64,000 bases of DNA from Octopus bimaculoides (GCF_001194135.2 NC_068987.1:10970944-11034943), one strand, 5' to 3'; counted from the stretch's first letter, positions 23,128-36,177 are shown. Program-made: numbers and translations. The notes: a model not told the origin generated them from the sequence alone.

Positions 23128-23999
23128 TTACTGTATATATGTTTACAAACGAAGGACATTATATAGACCTCCTTGACTCAAGTTAGAGAAGGGGTGCGTA
23201 TTATACACAAGGTTTGGGTTTTTCAGAGGTACAGCCCCCTAAAACTCCCCTGCGGATTATACTCGAGGATTTACGCTATTGGCTGTTACCTATGGATAAT
23301 TTTTCTTTCTCTTCATAGTTTTACCTATGCCTCATGTATAAGCTATATCTCAGTTTTTGTTTTTTTTTTCTTACCAGTTAAATTCAAGTATAAAAGTTGT
23401 GCAACTTAAGAGACAAGTAAATACTGTAGATTTTCCCTGTGTGTTTGAGCTTAAAAGATTTTTTAAATGTCATTAAAATTAGATTAAAGTAATATTAAAA
23501 TGATATTGAAAATGATACATGGAATGGAATTTATGACCTAAAAATGAATACTTACCGATAATAACGAAGGCTGGTTTCACTTTTATTTTGTATTTTGTCC
23601 CCCCNNNNNNNNNNNNNNNNNNNNNNNNNNNNNNNNNNNNNNNNNNNNNNNNNNNNNNNNNNNNNNNNNNNNNNNNNNNNNNNNNNNNNNNNNNNNNNNN
23701 NNNNNNNNNNNNNNNNNNNNNNNNNNNNNNNNNNNNNNNNNNNNNNNNNNNNNNNNNNNNNNNNNNNNNNNNNNNNNNNNNNNNNNNNNNNNNNNNNNNN
23801 NNNNNNNNNNNNNNNNNNNNNNNNNNNNNNNNNNNNNNNNNNGTATTATTGCGATATTTGTCGAATGAGATAAAATTAATATAAATGTTATTGATTTAGG
23901 TACATTTTCGGGGTAAAGTATTTATTGATAAGTGTATTTATTTTGAAATAGAATCTCATACATTTCAGTTGAGTATAAATCACATGGCTTTTTTTTCTT

Positions 24000-24163
24000 C
24001 TTTTTAATGTTTTTTAATTTTATTGCCATTTTATGATTTAGTATGATTAAGATACTCCATTCTGTGGTATATGGAGTATACTTGTTTTTCAATTTCCATA
24101 TGTATGAAGAGAGGAAAGTGTCTTTTCTTTATTGTTTTGCATTGCAGAAAGGTTTAATGTTAG

Positions 24164-24209
<46 letters not shown>

Positions 24210-24480
24210 ATATTTTGCAAGTGACTTAGTGACCCCACCACCACAAGTACTGGTATCATTAAATCACATTTTTTTTTTAATATTTTTTATTTCATTGCCA
24301 TCTTATGATTTAGTGTGATTGAGATACTCCATTCTGTAGTATATGGAGTTTTTACTTGTTTTTCAATTTCCATATGTATGAAGAGAGGAAAGTGTCTTTT
24401 CTTTATTGTTTGCATTGCAAGTGACTTAGTGACCCCCCCCCCTACACACACACACACTACTGCTGGTGTCATTAAAAAAA
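24000..24480. repeat. Local tandem duplication of a ~190-270 bp unique segment
   Basis: ttgccat(t/c)ttatgatttagt(a/g)tgatt(a/g)agatactccattctgt(g/a)gtatatggagt...gaagagaggaaagtgtc...gcaagtgacttagtgacccc occurs twice. Confidence 0.85.
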
Positions 24481-24689
24481 AGCACCCTGTACACACAGTG
24501 TACTGGTTGGTGCCAGGAAGGGCATCCAGCTGTAGAAACCGAGTCAAAAGAGACATTAAAGTTTTGCGTAGCCCTTAGGTTTGCCAGCTCCTGTTGAACT
24601 GGCCAATCCATCCTAGTGTGGAATACAAATATTAACCCTTTTTAGGAGAGAAAAAAATATATATGTAGTGGTCAGTGATCTATCATATC

Positions 24690-25351
24690 TATGTGATGGG
24701 CTTCTTTCAGTTTCCATCTACCAAATTCACTCACAAGGCTTTGGTCAGAAAGCACTTGCCCAAAGCGCTACACAGTGGGACTGAACCTGGAACCATGTGG
24801 TTCGGAAGCAAGCTTCTTACCACACAGCCACACAACCTGTATGTATTCAACTTGAACATAAGGAGCTGATGCTAATTGCATTTCTACCAGCTTCCACAGA
24901 AATGTCTCATAGTCGACATTTTGGTTGCATCTTGGCACTTTAGCATAACCTTTAAAATGTTTTCCATGAGAATCTACACTTCCTGCTGATATGACCATCA
25001 TCTTCAGGTTTAACCCTTTTGTATACCAACTTGCCTGAGAACACACCCCTGGTTCTATGATACAAATTTCCTGTTTGTTAATGAGGTAAATTAAAATCTT
25101 CAATCAAAATTTTCACAGGCACAGACATGGCTGTGTGGTAAGATGCTTGCTTCCCAACCACATGGTTCCGGTTTCAGTCCCACTGCATGGCACCTTGAGC
25201 AAGTGACTTCTACTACAGCGTCAGTCTGACCAAAGCCTTTTGAGTGGATTTGGTAGATGGAAACTGAAAGAAGCCTGTTGTGTGTAATATATATANNNNN
25301 NNNNNNNNNNNNNNNNNNNNNNNNNNNNNNNNNNNNNNNNNNNNNNNNNNN

Positions 25352-25383
<32 letters not shown>

Positions 25384-25510
25384 CATTGTGTCTGTGTTTG
25401 ATCCTCCATCACTGCTTGACAACTGGTATTGATGTGTTTATGTCACCGAAAATTACCGGTTTTACAAAAAGACTGATAGATTAAGTATTAGGCTTAAAAA
25501 ATATTAAGTC
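24690..25510. mobile_element. Divergent family A pair (24690-24832 minus, 25117-25510 plus) around a truncated MITE G left end (~25008-25112)
   Basis: ttaacccttttgtataccaac...taaattaaaatcttcaatcaaaat matches 6486 onward and stops at the SINE head. Confidence 0.7.
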
Positions 25511-26840
25511 ATGTGGTGGTGGAAGACAAAGACATGCACACAGATATATACATACATACATACAAATATATATATATACATTATTATAATAATAATATTA
25601 GGAATAAAAATCCAAATTTACAGATAAAAACTCAGTTAAATTCAATTTATCAAAAATTAAAATTAAATTAAGTTTCACAATATATAATATATAAATATAT
25701 AATTTAGAGAAAAGAACCAAAGTTCTTCTTATTATTTTATGATTTTTACTTTGTATTTTATCATAGTTCTTTTTAGTGTATTTACTTATTATTTTTTTCT
25801 ATATGTGACTGTGGATTTTCATGGATGAGTTCATGAACTTAGGTTCTTTTCTCTAAATTATATATTTATACATACATACGTACTATGTATACATTCATAT
25901 ATATAAATATACATACATGATGGGCTTTTCCAGTTTCTGTCTCCCAAATTTACTCACAAGGCTTAGGTTGACCTGCAGCTATAGTAGAGAAACTTGCCCA
26001 AGATGCCATGTTGTAGGAGTAAACTTGAAACTACAGGGCCGGAACGTTTACTTCCCAACCTCACAGTCATGCCGGTGCCTACCCACGCCTTCTCATATGC
26101 GTGGGTAGGCACCTAGAGGTTATGCTACTCCCAATAACACACACACACACACATATATATATATAGTGCCCCTGGACTGGCTCTTGTGCGGGTGGCACAT
26201 AAAAGACACCATTTCGAGCGTGGCCGTTTTCGTGCGGGTGACACGTAAAAGCACCCACTACACTCTCTGAGTGGTTGGCGTTAGGAAGGGCATCCAGCTG
26301 TAGAAACTCTGCCAAATTACATNNNNNNNNNNGAGTGGTTGGCGTTAGGAAGGGCATCCAGCTGTAGAAACTCTGCCAAATTACATTGGAGCCTGGTGTA
26401 GCCATCCGGTTGCACCAGTCCTCAGTCAAATCGTCCAACCCATGCTAGCATGGAAAGCGGACGTTAAACGATGATGATGATGATGATGATATATATATAC
26501 TAAAAATAAAAACCAGAAACATCTCATGTTTCTATGTATAAATTACAAAGTTAGAAGTTCTGTTTTTTTTCTCTTTATAAAGCAACTGATTATGAGAACA
26601 AAGGCTCGGGTTCCATTGCTTATTTGGTTGGTTTCTATTAGATGACCTCTTTAATTCCCACCGTTTGTGTGTGTGTGTGTATGTATGTTCTCATGCACAT
26701 TTGTCTGTCTGCATGCATGTGCATGCGAGCATAACTGTTAGAGAATTTGCTAATTAGAGATGACTGCTGGATGTGTGGCCAGATCATGACCAGCATGGTT
26801 TGAGGCAATGAGCTTGAAACAGATTAGAAATTATAATAAC

Positions 26841-26896
<56 letters not shown>

Positions 26897-27324
26897 TGAT
26901 GATGATGATATAAAAAAAATTTAAGTACTTGGAAAGTGAGAGGAGAAAACAAGATATGTGAATGATGGTGAAGGAGTTAGTGTGTGATATTAAAATATAT
27001 TTAATTCATTAAACTCAGTGAAACTGCTTAAGAAAAAAAAAAAAAAATCTTTCCCTTTCTCCTTCCCTGCTTCCCTGCTACCTTGCACTCTGCAATTGAA
27101 GGTCAGTTGTTTTACGTTCCTCTTCCTTCTTTAGAATTGTCACTCCAGTGTTTATGTGAATTCTTTAATTATGTGGAAGCATATACATGGAAGAATTACA
27201 TGCTCATGGCTCCAGCACCGCAAGCAGTTCTCAGCATCCTTTCTAGAAGAATTTATGCTTATTTTTTCCCTCGTCAGTTTTGCTTTTCATTTTACTGAGG
27301 TTGATAAAATAACTATCAGTCATG

Positions 27325-28010
27325 TAGAAGCAGGCACGGCTGTGTGATTAAGAGGTTTGCTTTATAGCCATCCAATCCTTGAGTTCCAGGTTCAGTCCTA
27401 CTGCATGACACCTTAACCCATTACCTACCAGTGATCTCATATGAGATCACTTAAAAATTAAAAATTTTGTAATTATCTGTCAATATTTACACATATCTAA
27501 CCGTTTTGCTATATCTACTAGGTATATTTCTCTGATATTCAAATGAGGTTTGCTAATTTTTCACCCAATATCTTGCTTATTTCTATTTAAAATGTTATTT
27601 TGAAATGTTATTTTGATCATCCCAGCATGTTTCTAAGGCTGTTTTATGCTAGAAATCAAAGTTTCATAAAAAAATTCAAGTTAATAGAATTATGGGAGGT
27701 AATGGGTTAAGTAACTGTTTTTTTACTGTAGCCGAGGGCTGACTAATGTCTTATGAATGAATTTGGCTGGCAGAAACTGTGTGGAGGTCTGTCATATGTT
27801 GTGTGTGTGTGTCTGTGCATTTGTGTTTGACTCTCACTGCTTAACAGCTGGTGTTAGTTTGTTTACATCCCTATAATTTAATGATTTGACAATAAGAAAC
27901 TGACAGAATTAGTACCAGAATGAAAATAAATACAAAGGTCAATTTGTTCAGCTAAACCTTTCAAAGTAGTGCCCCAGCATGGCCACAGTTCAATGAGTGA
28001 AGTGAATGCA
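27325..28010 (+). mobile_element. Family A SINE split by a MITE insertion at 27417-27706
   Basis: Head ...catgacacc|TTAA|MITE|TTAA|gtaactg...tgtagccgaggg... resumes the core. Confidence 0.8.
27417..27706. mobile_element. piggyBac-type MITE family H (TTAA TSD, TIR cccattacct(a/c)cca)
   Basis: TTAA at 27413-27416 and 27707-27710; 14-bp TIR with one mismatch; 22-bp perfect palindrome at 27430-27451. Confidence 0.85.
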
Positions 28011-28301
28011 ATAGAAACGTAACAGTGTTGTCTATATCATTTTCTTTTGTGTAATTTTATCCCAAACAAAGCCTGAGGCCTTTGTAACATTAGGGATTAC
28101 AAAGAGAGAAAAATAGGGTCCTACAAATTCAAAAGGTGTTAATTGACAGAAAAGCTTAAAGAATGAAATATCATAAAACTGAATTGGATTTCACAGAATT
28201 TGCTTGAGTTTTAGTGAAAAGGAAACTTTATTACTGGTTTGGTGTTGAGCTTTCTTTCCTAAAGTTCATGGCCCTTTTGTTGATTTTAATTTTGAATATA
28301 T

Positions 28302-28521
28302 CAACCCTTTAGCATTCAGATTATTTTGTCTCAAGTAAAGCTTAATTACATTGTTTTGAAATAATAAAGCAGTCCTTATGCCTATGTTACCATGTCATTC
28401 TAAAAATAAACAGTCACATCATCAAAATTTTGAAGCGTTGAGATAATGCATGATTAATTTAAAACAATGTGAATAAATAAGCTTTACATTTGATGGAGTA
28501 ATCTGAATAATAAAGGGTTAA
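28302..28521. mobile_element. MITE family E, fold-back form with the same end at both termini
   Basis: aaccctttagcattcagatt...acattgttttgaa on the left; aaaacaatgtgaataaataag...aatctgaataataaagggttaa on the right. Confidence 0.7.
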
Positions 28522-29012
28522 ATATGGTAAATCTCTTCATTAGTTTCCTTACAGTTTTTTTTTTTTTACTTAGTGGAGGCACAGGGCCAACTTCTTGTAA
28601 GTAATGGGATAATCAAATAAATTAGATTGACCCTGGTGTAGTATTGGTGTTCAGTTTATTGATTCTAAATGACACTGGTGGAATTTGAACACAGAACTCT
28701 GTAGAAAGAGAGAGATAGAGAAGAGAGAGAGAGAGAGGGGGAGGGGAAGAGAGAAAGAAAGAGAAGTAAAAATCAGTGAAACATCTTGTCTGCACTTTAC
28801 TTGAGTCACCTCTCCTGCTCTATCAACACTTTATATTAAAACTTGTGATATTGTGTGTGTGTGTGTGTGTGTTATTGATTTATTATTACAGTTGAGGTTG
28901 GCTGGCTGGCTCGCCTGATGTTTGGAGATTGCTGTGGAACAGTAGCAGAGTTGTTTGTCAACAAGGGAAGAACTGGAAGTTGATTGTGTTGTGTAGTAAA
29001 AGCATTGGTAGA

Positions 29013-29188
29013 TTATTTTTTGAATGGTTGGGCTTGATACCGAGGTGCGTAACGATGGTGGTGGTGGGGGTACGCTGTGACTGATGAGTTGATACAGATG
29101 TGGGTTCGAATCCGTGTCTTGTTGTTCTGAACATCATGCTCTATTGCTGCTGCTGATGGCAGTGATGACAGTGACAAAGATGACTGAT
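29013..29188 (-). CDS. Candidate low-complexity terminal exon (DQSSLSLSSLPSAAAIEHDVQNNK...HHHHRYAPRYQAQPFKK*)
   Basis: Minus-strand acceptor tttctggctttgtccctccctatatag|; GC- and CpG-richer segment; no homology recognised. Confidence 0.15.
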
Positions 29189-29318
29189 CTATATAGGGAG
29201 GGACAAAGCCAGAAATTCTGAAAGGTGGCAGAGGTTAGTCGATATCATTTAACTTCACTACTTCACTTTTATCAGCCGTGGAGGATTGAAAAGCAAATTC
29301 TGCCAATTCACCACCCCC

Positions 29319-29362
<44 letters not shown>

Positions 29363-29489
29363 TTTCACTACTTCCCCTCCCCAAGCTTTCAGTCATACTG
29401 TAACATCTCTTATCCTTCACTTGCCTCAGGACGCTGGGTGTGTTCCAGCAAGTTTTTTGTTTTGTTTTTTACTTTTTTCAATCGTTAAA

Positions 29490-29830
29490 CTGTGGCGATG
29501 TTGGGGTATTATTGCCTTGAGGAATTTTCAGTCAAATGAAGTGACCCCAAGATATATTTTTGTTCTGTATTAAGCCTGGATCTTACTCTATTGGTCTCTC
29601 GCTGAACTGAGTTATGGGAATGTAAACACACCTACACCAGTTGCCAAGTAGCAGTGGGAGGCTGGGGAAACACTGACACAAAGACACACACACACACATA
29701 TGCCACAGGTTTCTTTCAGTTTCTGTCTACCAAATCCACTGACAAGGCTTTACTCAGCCCGAGGCTATAGTAGAAGACACTGAAGCCAGAACCATGTGGT
29801 TGGGAAGCAAGCTTCTTACCACACAGCCAC
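29490..29830 (-). mobile_element. Family A SINE
   Basis: ggtttctttcagtttctgtctaccaaatccac...gggaagcaagcttcttaccacacagccac. Confidence 0.8.
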
Positions 29831-30436
29831 GTTTGTTTACTTCCCCGTAATTAGTTTGTTCAGCAAAAGAGACAAGTAGAATAAGCATGCCTGATAAGTT
29901 CTGGAGTCAATTTGTTCCACTGAAAAACTAAAGCCTTTCAAGATGATGCCCTCAAATGACTGCTCGTCCATTGGACCAAAACCTGTAAAAGAAACCAGAA
30001 GAGACACCTGTGTTGAGGGTTTTGACTCTTCTGCCAGTTTGATGCCCTTAAATGGAAAACAAAAATAGAAACCACAAATAAAGAAAAATATGAACAAGTC
30101 AGTCGTTTGTAATGTATCCTTATGACAACATAGTTTGAAAGATGAAAAGCTCGTTGATGACTGATTAGAGACCCCTTTTAATATTTACTGGGGTTTGCCC
30201 TGCTATATATTTATATATAGATACTGTTGTGTCTAAGGAGAGTCATTCTCTTTTAGTGCCTTATAATTTACCACACTCACCGGTAAAATTTCCACTCATT
30301 TAATTATTTATTTACTGGTGAGTGTATTAAATAATAAGGCACAAAAAGAAAATGACTCTCCCCAGACACAACAGAATATGCTTCAGCACACGAACTCACA
30401 TAAAGAATCTTGCAAACCAAATCCAAAAGCGAAATA

Positions 30437-30496
<60 letters not shown>

Positions 30497-31156
30497 CATA
30501 TACACACACACATATATATATATACATATATTTATGTACACACACACACACACACACACACAAATAGCAACAGCGGTGCAACTTGAGATAAGTTATACTG
30601 ATTATTGTCATTGAATATGAGTTCTAACCATGAGAACCTTTTGTGATGTTTTTTGCTTTTTTTTATTATTATATTTTACCAAGCTAATTTTCTATCTTTT
30701 NNNNNNNNNNNNNNNNNNNNNNNNNNNNNNNNNNNNNNNNNNNNNNNNNNNNNNNNNNNNNNNNNNNNNNNNNNNNNNNNNNNNNNNNNNNNNNNNNNNN
30801 NNNNNNNNNNNNNNNNNNNNNNNNNNNNNNNNNNNNNNNNNNNNNNNNNNNNNNNNNNNNNNNNNNNNNNNNNNNNNNNNNNNNNNNNNNNNNNNNNNNN
30901 NNNNNNNNNNNNNNNNNNNNNNNNNNNNNNNNNNNNNNNNNNNNNNNNNNNNNNNNNNNNNNNNNNNNNNNNNNNNNNNNNNNNNNNNNNNNNNNNNNNN
31001 NNNNNNNNNNNNNNNNNNNNNNNNNNNNNNNNNNNNNNNNNNNNNNNNNNNNNNNNNNNNNNNNNNNNNNNNNNNNNNNNNNNNNNNNNNNNNNNNNNNN
31101 NNNNNNNNNNNNNNNNNNNNNNNNNNNNNNNNNNNNNNNNNNNNNNNNNNNNNNNN

Positions 31157-31187
<31 letters not shown>

Positions 31188-31231
31188 TCTCTCTCTCTCT
31201 CTTTATGTATATATATATATATATATATATA

Positions 31232-31500
31232 TGATAGATTGCTGACCACTATACATATTTTTTTCTCTCCTTATTTCTTTCTGTGTTCCTTTCTGTTGAA
31301 GAGCGTAGGCTCGAAACGTTAAAGACTTTCTCTATTCCTGAGCGTTATACTAATACATCCATTTGTTGTTTGCACCACCTGTCTTCGTCTGTTGTTTTTT
31401 CGTGAATTATCCCATATATATATGATAATAATATTAAGGATAAAAATCCAAATTTACAGGGAAAAATTCAATTTAATTTAATTCAATTTAATTTAATTTA
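31232..31500 (+). mobile_element. Penelope-like terminal repeat fragment with a hammerhead-like motif; related AT-rich piece at ~25595-25720; another possible PLE fragment at ~30215-30300
   Basis: ctttctgttgaagagcgtaggctcgaaacgttaaag; NTGAAGA...GAAACG signature typical of PLE ends; ta(a/g)g(g/a)ataaaaatccaaatttacag shared with 25600. Confidence 0.6.
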
Positions 31501-31564
31501 TATCTATATATATATATATACATACATATATATATATATATGTGTGTGTTTGTGTATATATATA

Positions 31565-31740
31565 AATTGATTGCATTGACTTCAGGATTCAACTGGTACT
31601 TTTATTTTATCGAACCCTGAAAGGATGAAAGGCAACATTGACCTCAACAGAATTTGAACTCAGAATGTGAAGACAGGCAAAATACTGCTAACCATTTTGC
31701 CTGGAACATTAATGATTCTGCTAACTTGCCACCTTAATAA
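31565..31740 (-). mobile_element. Family C SINE; further copies at 32775-32970 (+), 40955-41090 with 41500-41590 (+), 51790-52260 (several, -), 56485-56665 (+), 58990-59140 (-), 62830-62965 (+), 63660-63880 (+)
   Basis: actggtactt...ttatcga(a)ccc(t/c)gaaaggatgaaaggcaa...gacc. Confidence 0.8.
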
Positions 31741-32032
31741 TAATAATGATGATGATGATGATGATTAGGCCTCTAAATTTCTGGCTAGCTTTCTTGTTAT
31801 TTCTTATTATTTCCTTTGGTTCCTACACATGGAACTGATATGGGTTTAGTTAATGTACAATACTCTCTGTCTGTCTGTCTGTCTCTCTCTGCCTCTCCAT
31901 CCCTCCCTCTCTCTGCCTCTCCATCCCTCTCTCTCTCTCCTCACACAATCACACATCATAATGGATGTAGCATATGTCCAGAAAGTTGCTCTTGTTATTT
32001 CTACTCCCACTGTTTGTTTCAAGTATCTGAAG

Positions 32033-32077
32033 GGTGTACACAAAGGTACACTACTGTCGCCGCTTCTGTTAATCATC
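32033..32077 (+). mobile_element. Possible tiny degraded reverse-transcriptase motif
   Basis: GVHKGTLLSPLLLII resembles the non-LTR RT motif GVxQGxxLSPLLF; flanks not RT-like. Confidence 0.25.
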
Positions 32078-33049
32078 AAATATACCACAAGTTGTTTTTA
32101 TTGCCCGTTCTTATTTCCTGGTCGATGTTATGTCGCCTCAGTTATGTCTCTATTTGAAATGTAAAAAACATCACATCCCATTTCTTTTAAACCCCCCCCC
32201 CNNNNNNNNNNAAAAAAAAAATTCCCAGGCTTCTCAGTAAACTTAGCAATGATTAGACAAGTTTCCCACCCCTTGTGTCTCATTTTTATTGCTCCTCGTT
32301 AATATTAAATCACTGATAACCCTCCTTATTACTAATATATATATTATGTTAGTGGTCTCTGACTAACTTAGCACATGTTAAAATTCTCTTGATCTCACTA
32401 AAGCCTACTATTTAAACCAGTTTGTATGAGTTGTGAATTAATTTTATTAGTTTTCACTAGTGGTTACAATTAATAGTGCATTAACTTAATGCCTGAGTAA
32501 TATGAAGGATTTGTTCTGCATTTATTATTTAAATATAGTTAATTAGACCAACCATATGAATGCTTTACATTCAACTAGAAAATTTCAGTGTTGAACAGCT
32601 GTGTTGATTGTATAATTGATGGCCAGTCACCACCAAGAAGTCAAAAATAATGTTGGCCTGGTATTAATATCATTTGGACTATAGAGAATTTGTGGTTAGT
32701 CATTTAGTAAGCATTTTTAACTAAATCACATCTAAACTATTACACATATATTCATAAATTATTAAATGTCATCAGGCGAGCTGGGAGAATTGTTAGCACA
32801 CTTGAGAAAGTGCTTTGAGACATATTCTGAGTTCATATTCCAGTGAGGTCGACTTTGCCTTTCATCCTTATGGGGTTGATGAAATAAGTACCAGTTGAAT
32901 GCTGGAGTCAATGTAATCAACTAGCCCCTACTCCCAAATTTCAGGTCTTGTGCCTATAATAGAAAGGATTATTCATTTGTTTACCAAAATGTCTGCCAAA
33001 TATTTTCTTTTTCTGTGGTTACCTGTAACTCGCAAATTACGACATGTCT

Positions 33050-33229
33050 CAGGTGTGGCTATGCCATTAAGAAGCTTGCTTCCCAACCATGTGGTTCCAG
33101 GTTCAGTCCCACCATGTGATACCTTGGGCAAGTGTCTTCTGCTATAGCCCTGAGCCAATCAAAACTGTGAGAGGATTTGGAAGATGGGAAAACAATGTAG
33201 AAGTCCATCGTGTATATGATATGCATATA

Positions 33230-33263
<34 letters not shown>

Positions 33264-33457
33264 CTTGTCTCGAAGCCACATGATGGTTGTAAACAAGTAT
33301 GTTATTTGTTTACAGTTTTCTGTGAAAAGAATATCTGGCCATAAGGAAATATTACCTTGCTTGAAGACAGGTGAGGGTTGGTGACAGGAATGGCATCCAA
33401 CCATAGACAGTCTGCCTCAACAATTTCTGTTGTCTGACCCATGCCAGCATAGAAGAG
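33050..33457 (+). mobile_element. Family A2 SINE (same head and core, RTE-like tail); A2 tails also at 45040-45310 and 59940-60200
   Basis: Head ...ccttgggcaagtgtcttctg..., microsatellite, then ...gagggttggtgacaggaatggcatcc...gacccatgccagcatag. Confidence 0.8.
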
Positions 33458-33784
33458 TGGACTTTCAGAAAAATAAAAATAAAAAATAAAATGAAATGAA
33501 TGTTTCTAAACGTAAATATTACTCTGTCTTAGCATCTGCTGTAAATAATTGTGGATGATGAGGAAAGGTGGAAAGATTTTTGAAATTTTGTGATTGACTT
33601 GTTTGGAAAATCATCTTCTGTTTTAAAAGATGCCATTAACTTTTTGTATTCGGTGGCATAATTCCATAGAAGTTAGAAGCAATATATCCTACATAAGCCT
33701 TTTTCTTGAAATTTTCATGTTTCTCTTTGATCTTTCAGAGTTGCTTCCACCTCTTGTATACAATCCTATATAATGTTGTTTATC

Positions 33785-34142
33785 GTGGAGGTGCAATGGC
33801 CCAGTGGTTAGGGTAGCGGACTCGTGGTTATAGTATCGCGGTTTCGATTCCCAGACCGGGCGTTGTGAGTGTTTATTGAGCGAAAACACCTAAAGCTCCA
33901 CGAGGCTCCGGCAGAAAATAGTGGCGAACCCTGCTGTACTCTTTCACCACAACTTTCTCTCACTCTTTCTGTTGTGCCTATATTTCAAAGGGCCAGCCTT
34001 GTCACACTCCCCGAGTACTATGTTAAGGGTACACGTGTCTGTGGAGTGCTCAGCCACTTGCACGTTAATTTCACGAGCTGGCTGTTCTGTTGATCGGATC
34101 AACTGGAACCCTCGTCGTCGTAAGCGACGGAGTGCCAACAAA
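33785..34142 (+). mobile_element. Family B tRNA-derived SINE
   Basis: A box tggcccagtgg, B box ggtttcgattcc; ends gatcggatcaactggaaccctcgtcgtcgtaagcgacggagtgccaacaa. Confidence 0.85.
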
Positions 34143-35796
34143 ATGTTTTTGGTATTTAACTTTGAGCATCAATAAGTAAATGTGGTGCCGTGCAGTGGGA
34201 CTGAACCAGAAACCATGCGGTTGGGAAGCAAGCTTCTTAACCACAAAGCCATCTGTGTCTTTAGTATTCAGATATTCCGTTGATTCCATGGTTTGCTCCT
34301 GTTTGGCCAGACATCATGCTAAGTTGTAAACAGAAAAATCGTGTTGGCGCTGAGCCAACTTTTGGAGACAAAGTATTGTTGATAGTGTTGTTATTCGTGT
34401 TAGACTTAGAGGGACAAAAGGCAGAAATGAACTCCTTAACTTTAGAAAGCTTTGAATTTGAAACTAAAGAGAAATGAAACAAAACCCATTTAATTTGGCA
34501 CTACTATTTCTGCTGACTGGTAATTAGAAAACAATAATTATATTTAAAGCCATATTTTCTCAAAGAAATATTTTATATTAATATAGAAACATTTCATATT
34601 AACACACATTAGGTAAAATTTTCTTAAATGGAAAATATTCTCTTTCAAAGAAATTATGCTTGATAAATCACATACATATATAAGTAACTAATTATATTTT
34701 CTTTTCTTTATTCGCATTTATTTCATTTTCATTATAATAATTGTATTTTCTTTTATTGTTTGTGTTTTCAAAAACAAATCACATTTTCTATTGTAAATTA
34801 ATTGCTTTGCAGTGGTAATGTATGTAAAGTATATTGATGCACACACACACACACACACACACACATTCTGCTTGAAAATCTTGTTTCGAAACAATAAAGC
34901 AATTTTCTTACTATTTTGTGTAATCTTTTTGATGTCGGTGGGGAATGTAAATAAATGGGCTAACATTCTGCTGTTAAAATCTCCTTTATAGCAGTTTAGT
35001 TGGATAGCATCGATATCCAGGCCGACTGATAACATTGTTGTCGTCAAGGAAAAATAGATTTCAACTAAGCAGATTGCTCTGCTATCAGATGAACACAATG
35101 CGTTCCATTCTTATCACCAATACTGATGCATGAGGGGGGAAAAGAAAAGAAAAAAAAATAATAACACATTTCTGACAAAACTATACTATTATTGCATCAG
35201 TTTGTATGTTAAAATAATTGCACTCTGTGATATTAAATGTTAGAAAAATATTCCGAGATAACCATCATTTTTCTGCATTGTTGGGAAAAATCTTTACGAT
35301 GTGTACAAGATACGAGGAAAAGTTCTCGTCTTCAGCATATTGCAATATGGAGGAGGGTAAGTATTGGTTCGATAAAAATCACGAAGAATCATTGATAAAA
35401 ATCAATATGCTGATTGGGGTGTGATTTACCCATACCTACCACCCCCTCCTCCACTCAATTACGTTTATTTTGCCGTTGTATCTCAAAGAGCATGTAATTC
35501 ATATTTTTTTATTTATATAGTAGCAATAATAGTGCAGTGGATGAAGTGTGTGCTGCTTACCAGCCCAAGAATGTAAAGCACCAATATCTATCCTAAGCCT
35601 CCAGCAATGGCATTCCTTTCAGTAGCCTGGGCCACCTGGTTACTGTAGATTAGCTTGCAGGAGAAGATTCTGTTCATTGCTGTTGGCTCCATATAATTGT
35701 TTCTTATTTCGGCATAAGGCCAGTAATTTTTGCGAAAGAGAGAAGATTAATTAATCAACCGTTTTGTTATTATATTCCTGTTTAAATACACTGTTG

Positions 35797-36177
35797 TTGG
35801 CACTCCGTTGCTTACAACGTCGAGGGTTCCAGTTGATCCGATCAACGGAACAGCCTGCTCGTGAAATTAACGTGTAAGTGGCTGAGCACTCCACAGACAC
35901 GCGCACCCTTAACGTAGTTCTCGGGGATATTCAGCGTGACACAGTGTGACAAGGCTGACCCTTTGAAATACAGTTACAACAGAAACAGGAAGTAAGAGTG
36001 AGAGAAAGTTGTGGTGAAAGAGTACAGCAGGGTTCGCCACCATCCTCTGCCGGAGCCTCGTGGAGCTTTTAGGTGTTTTCGCTCAATAAACACTCACAAC
36101 GCCCGGTCTGGGAATCGAAACCGCGATCCTATGACCACGAGTCCGCTGCCCTAACCACTGGGCCATTGCGCCTCCAC
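35797..36177 (-). mobile_element. Family B SINE, full length; a third, headless copy at 37287-37592 (-)
   Basis: Reverse-complement match to 33785-34142. Confidence 0.9.

Noticed and set aside
26273-26382. Direct repeat of ~50 bp of RTE 3' UTR around a 10-N gap
   Set aside because: Identical contig-end overlap; assembly artefact
27135-27347. Strong acceptor followed by two open frames
   Set aside because: No good donor and no recognisable protein; may be chance
35243-35357. Strong donor gg|gtaagt with open upstream frames
   Set aside because: Several possible acceptors and all frames open; GTAAGT is expected many times per strand at this composition
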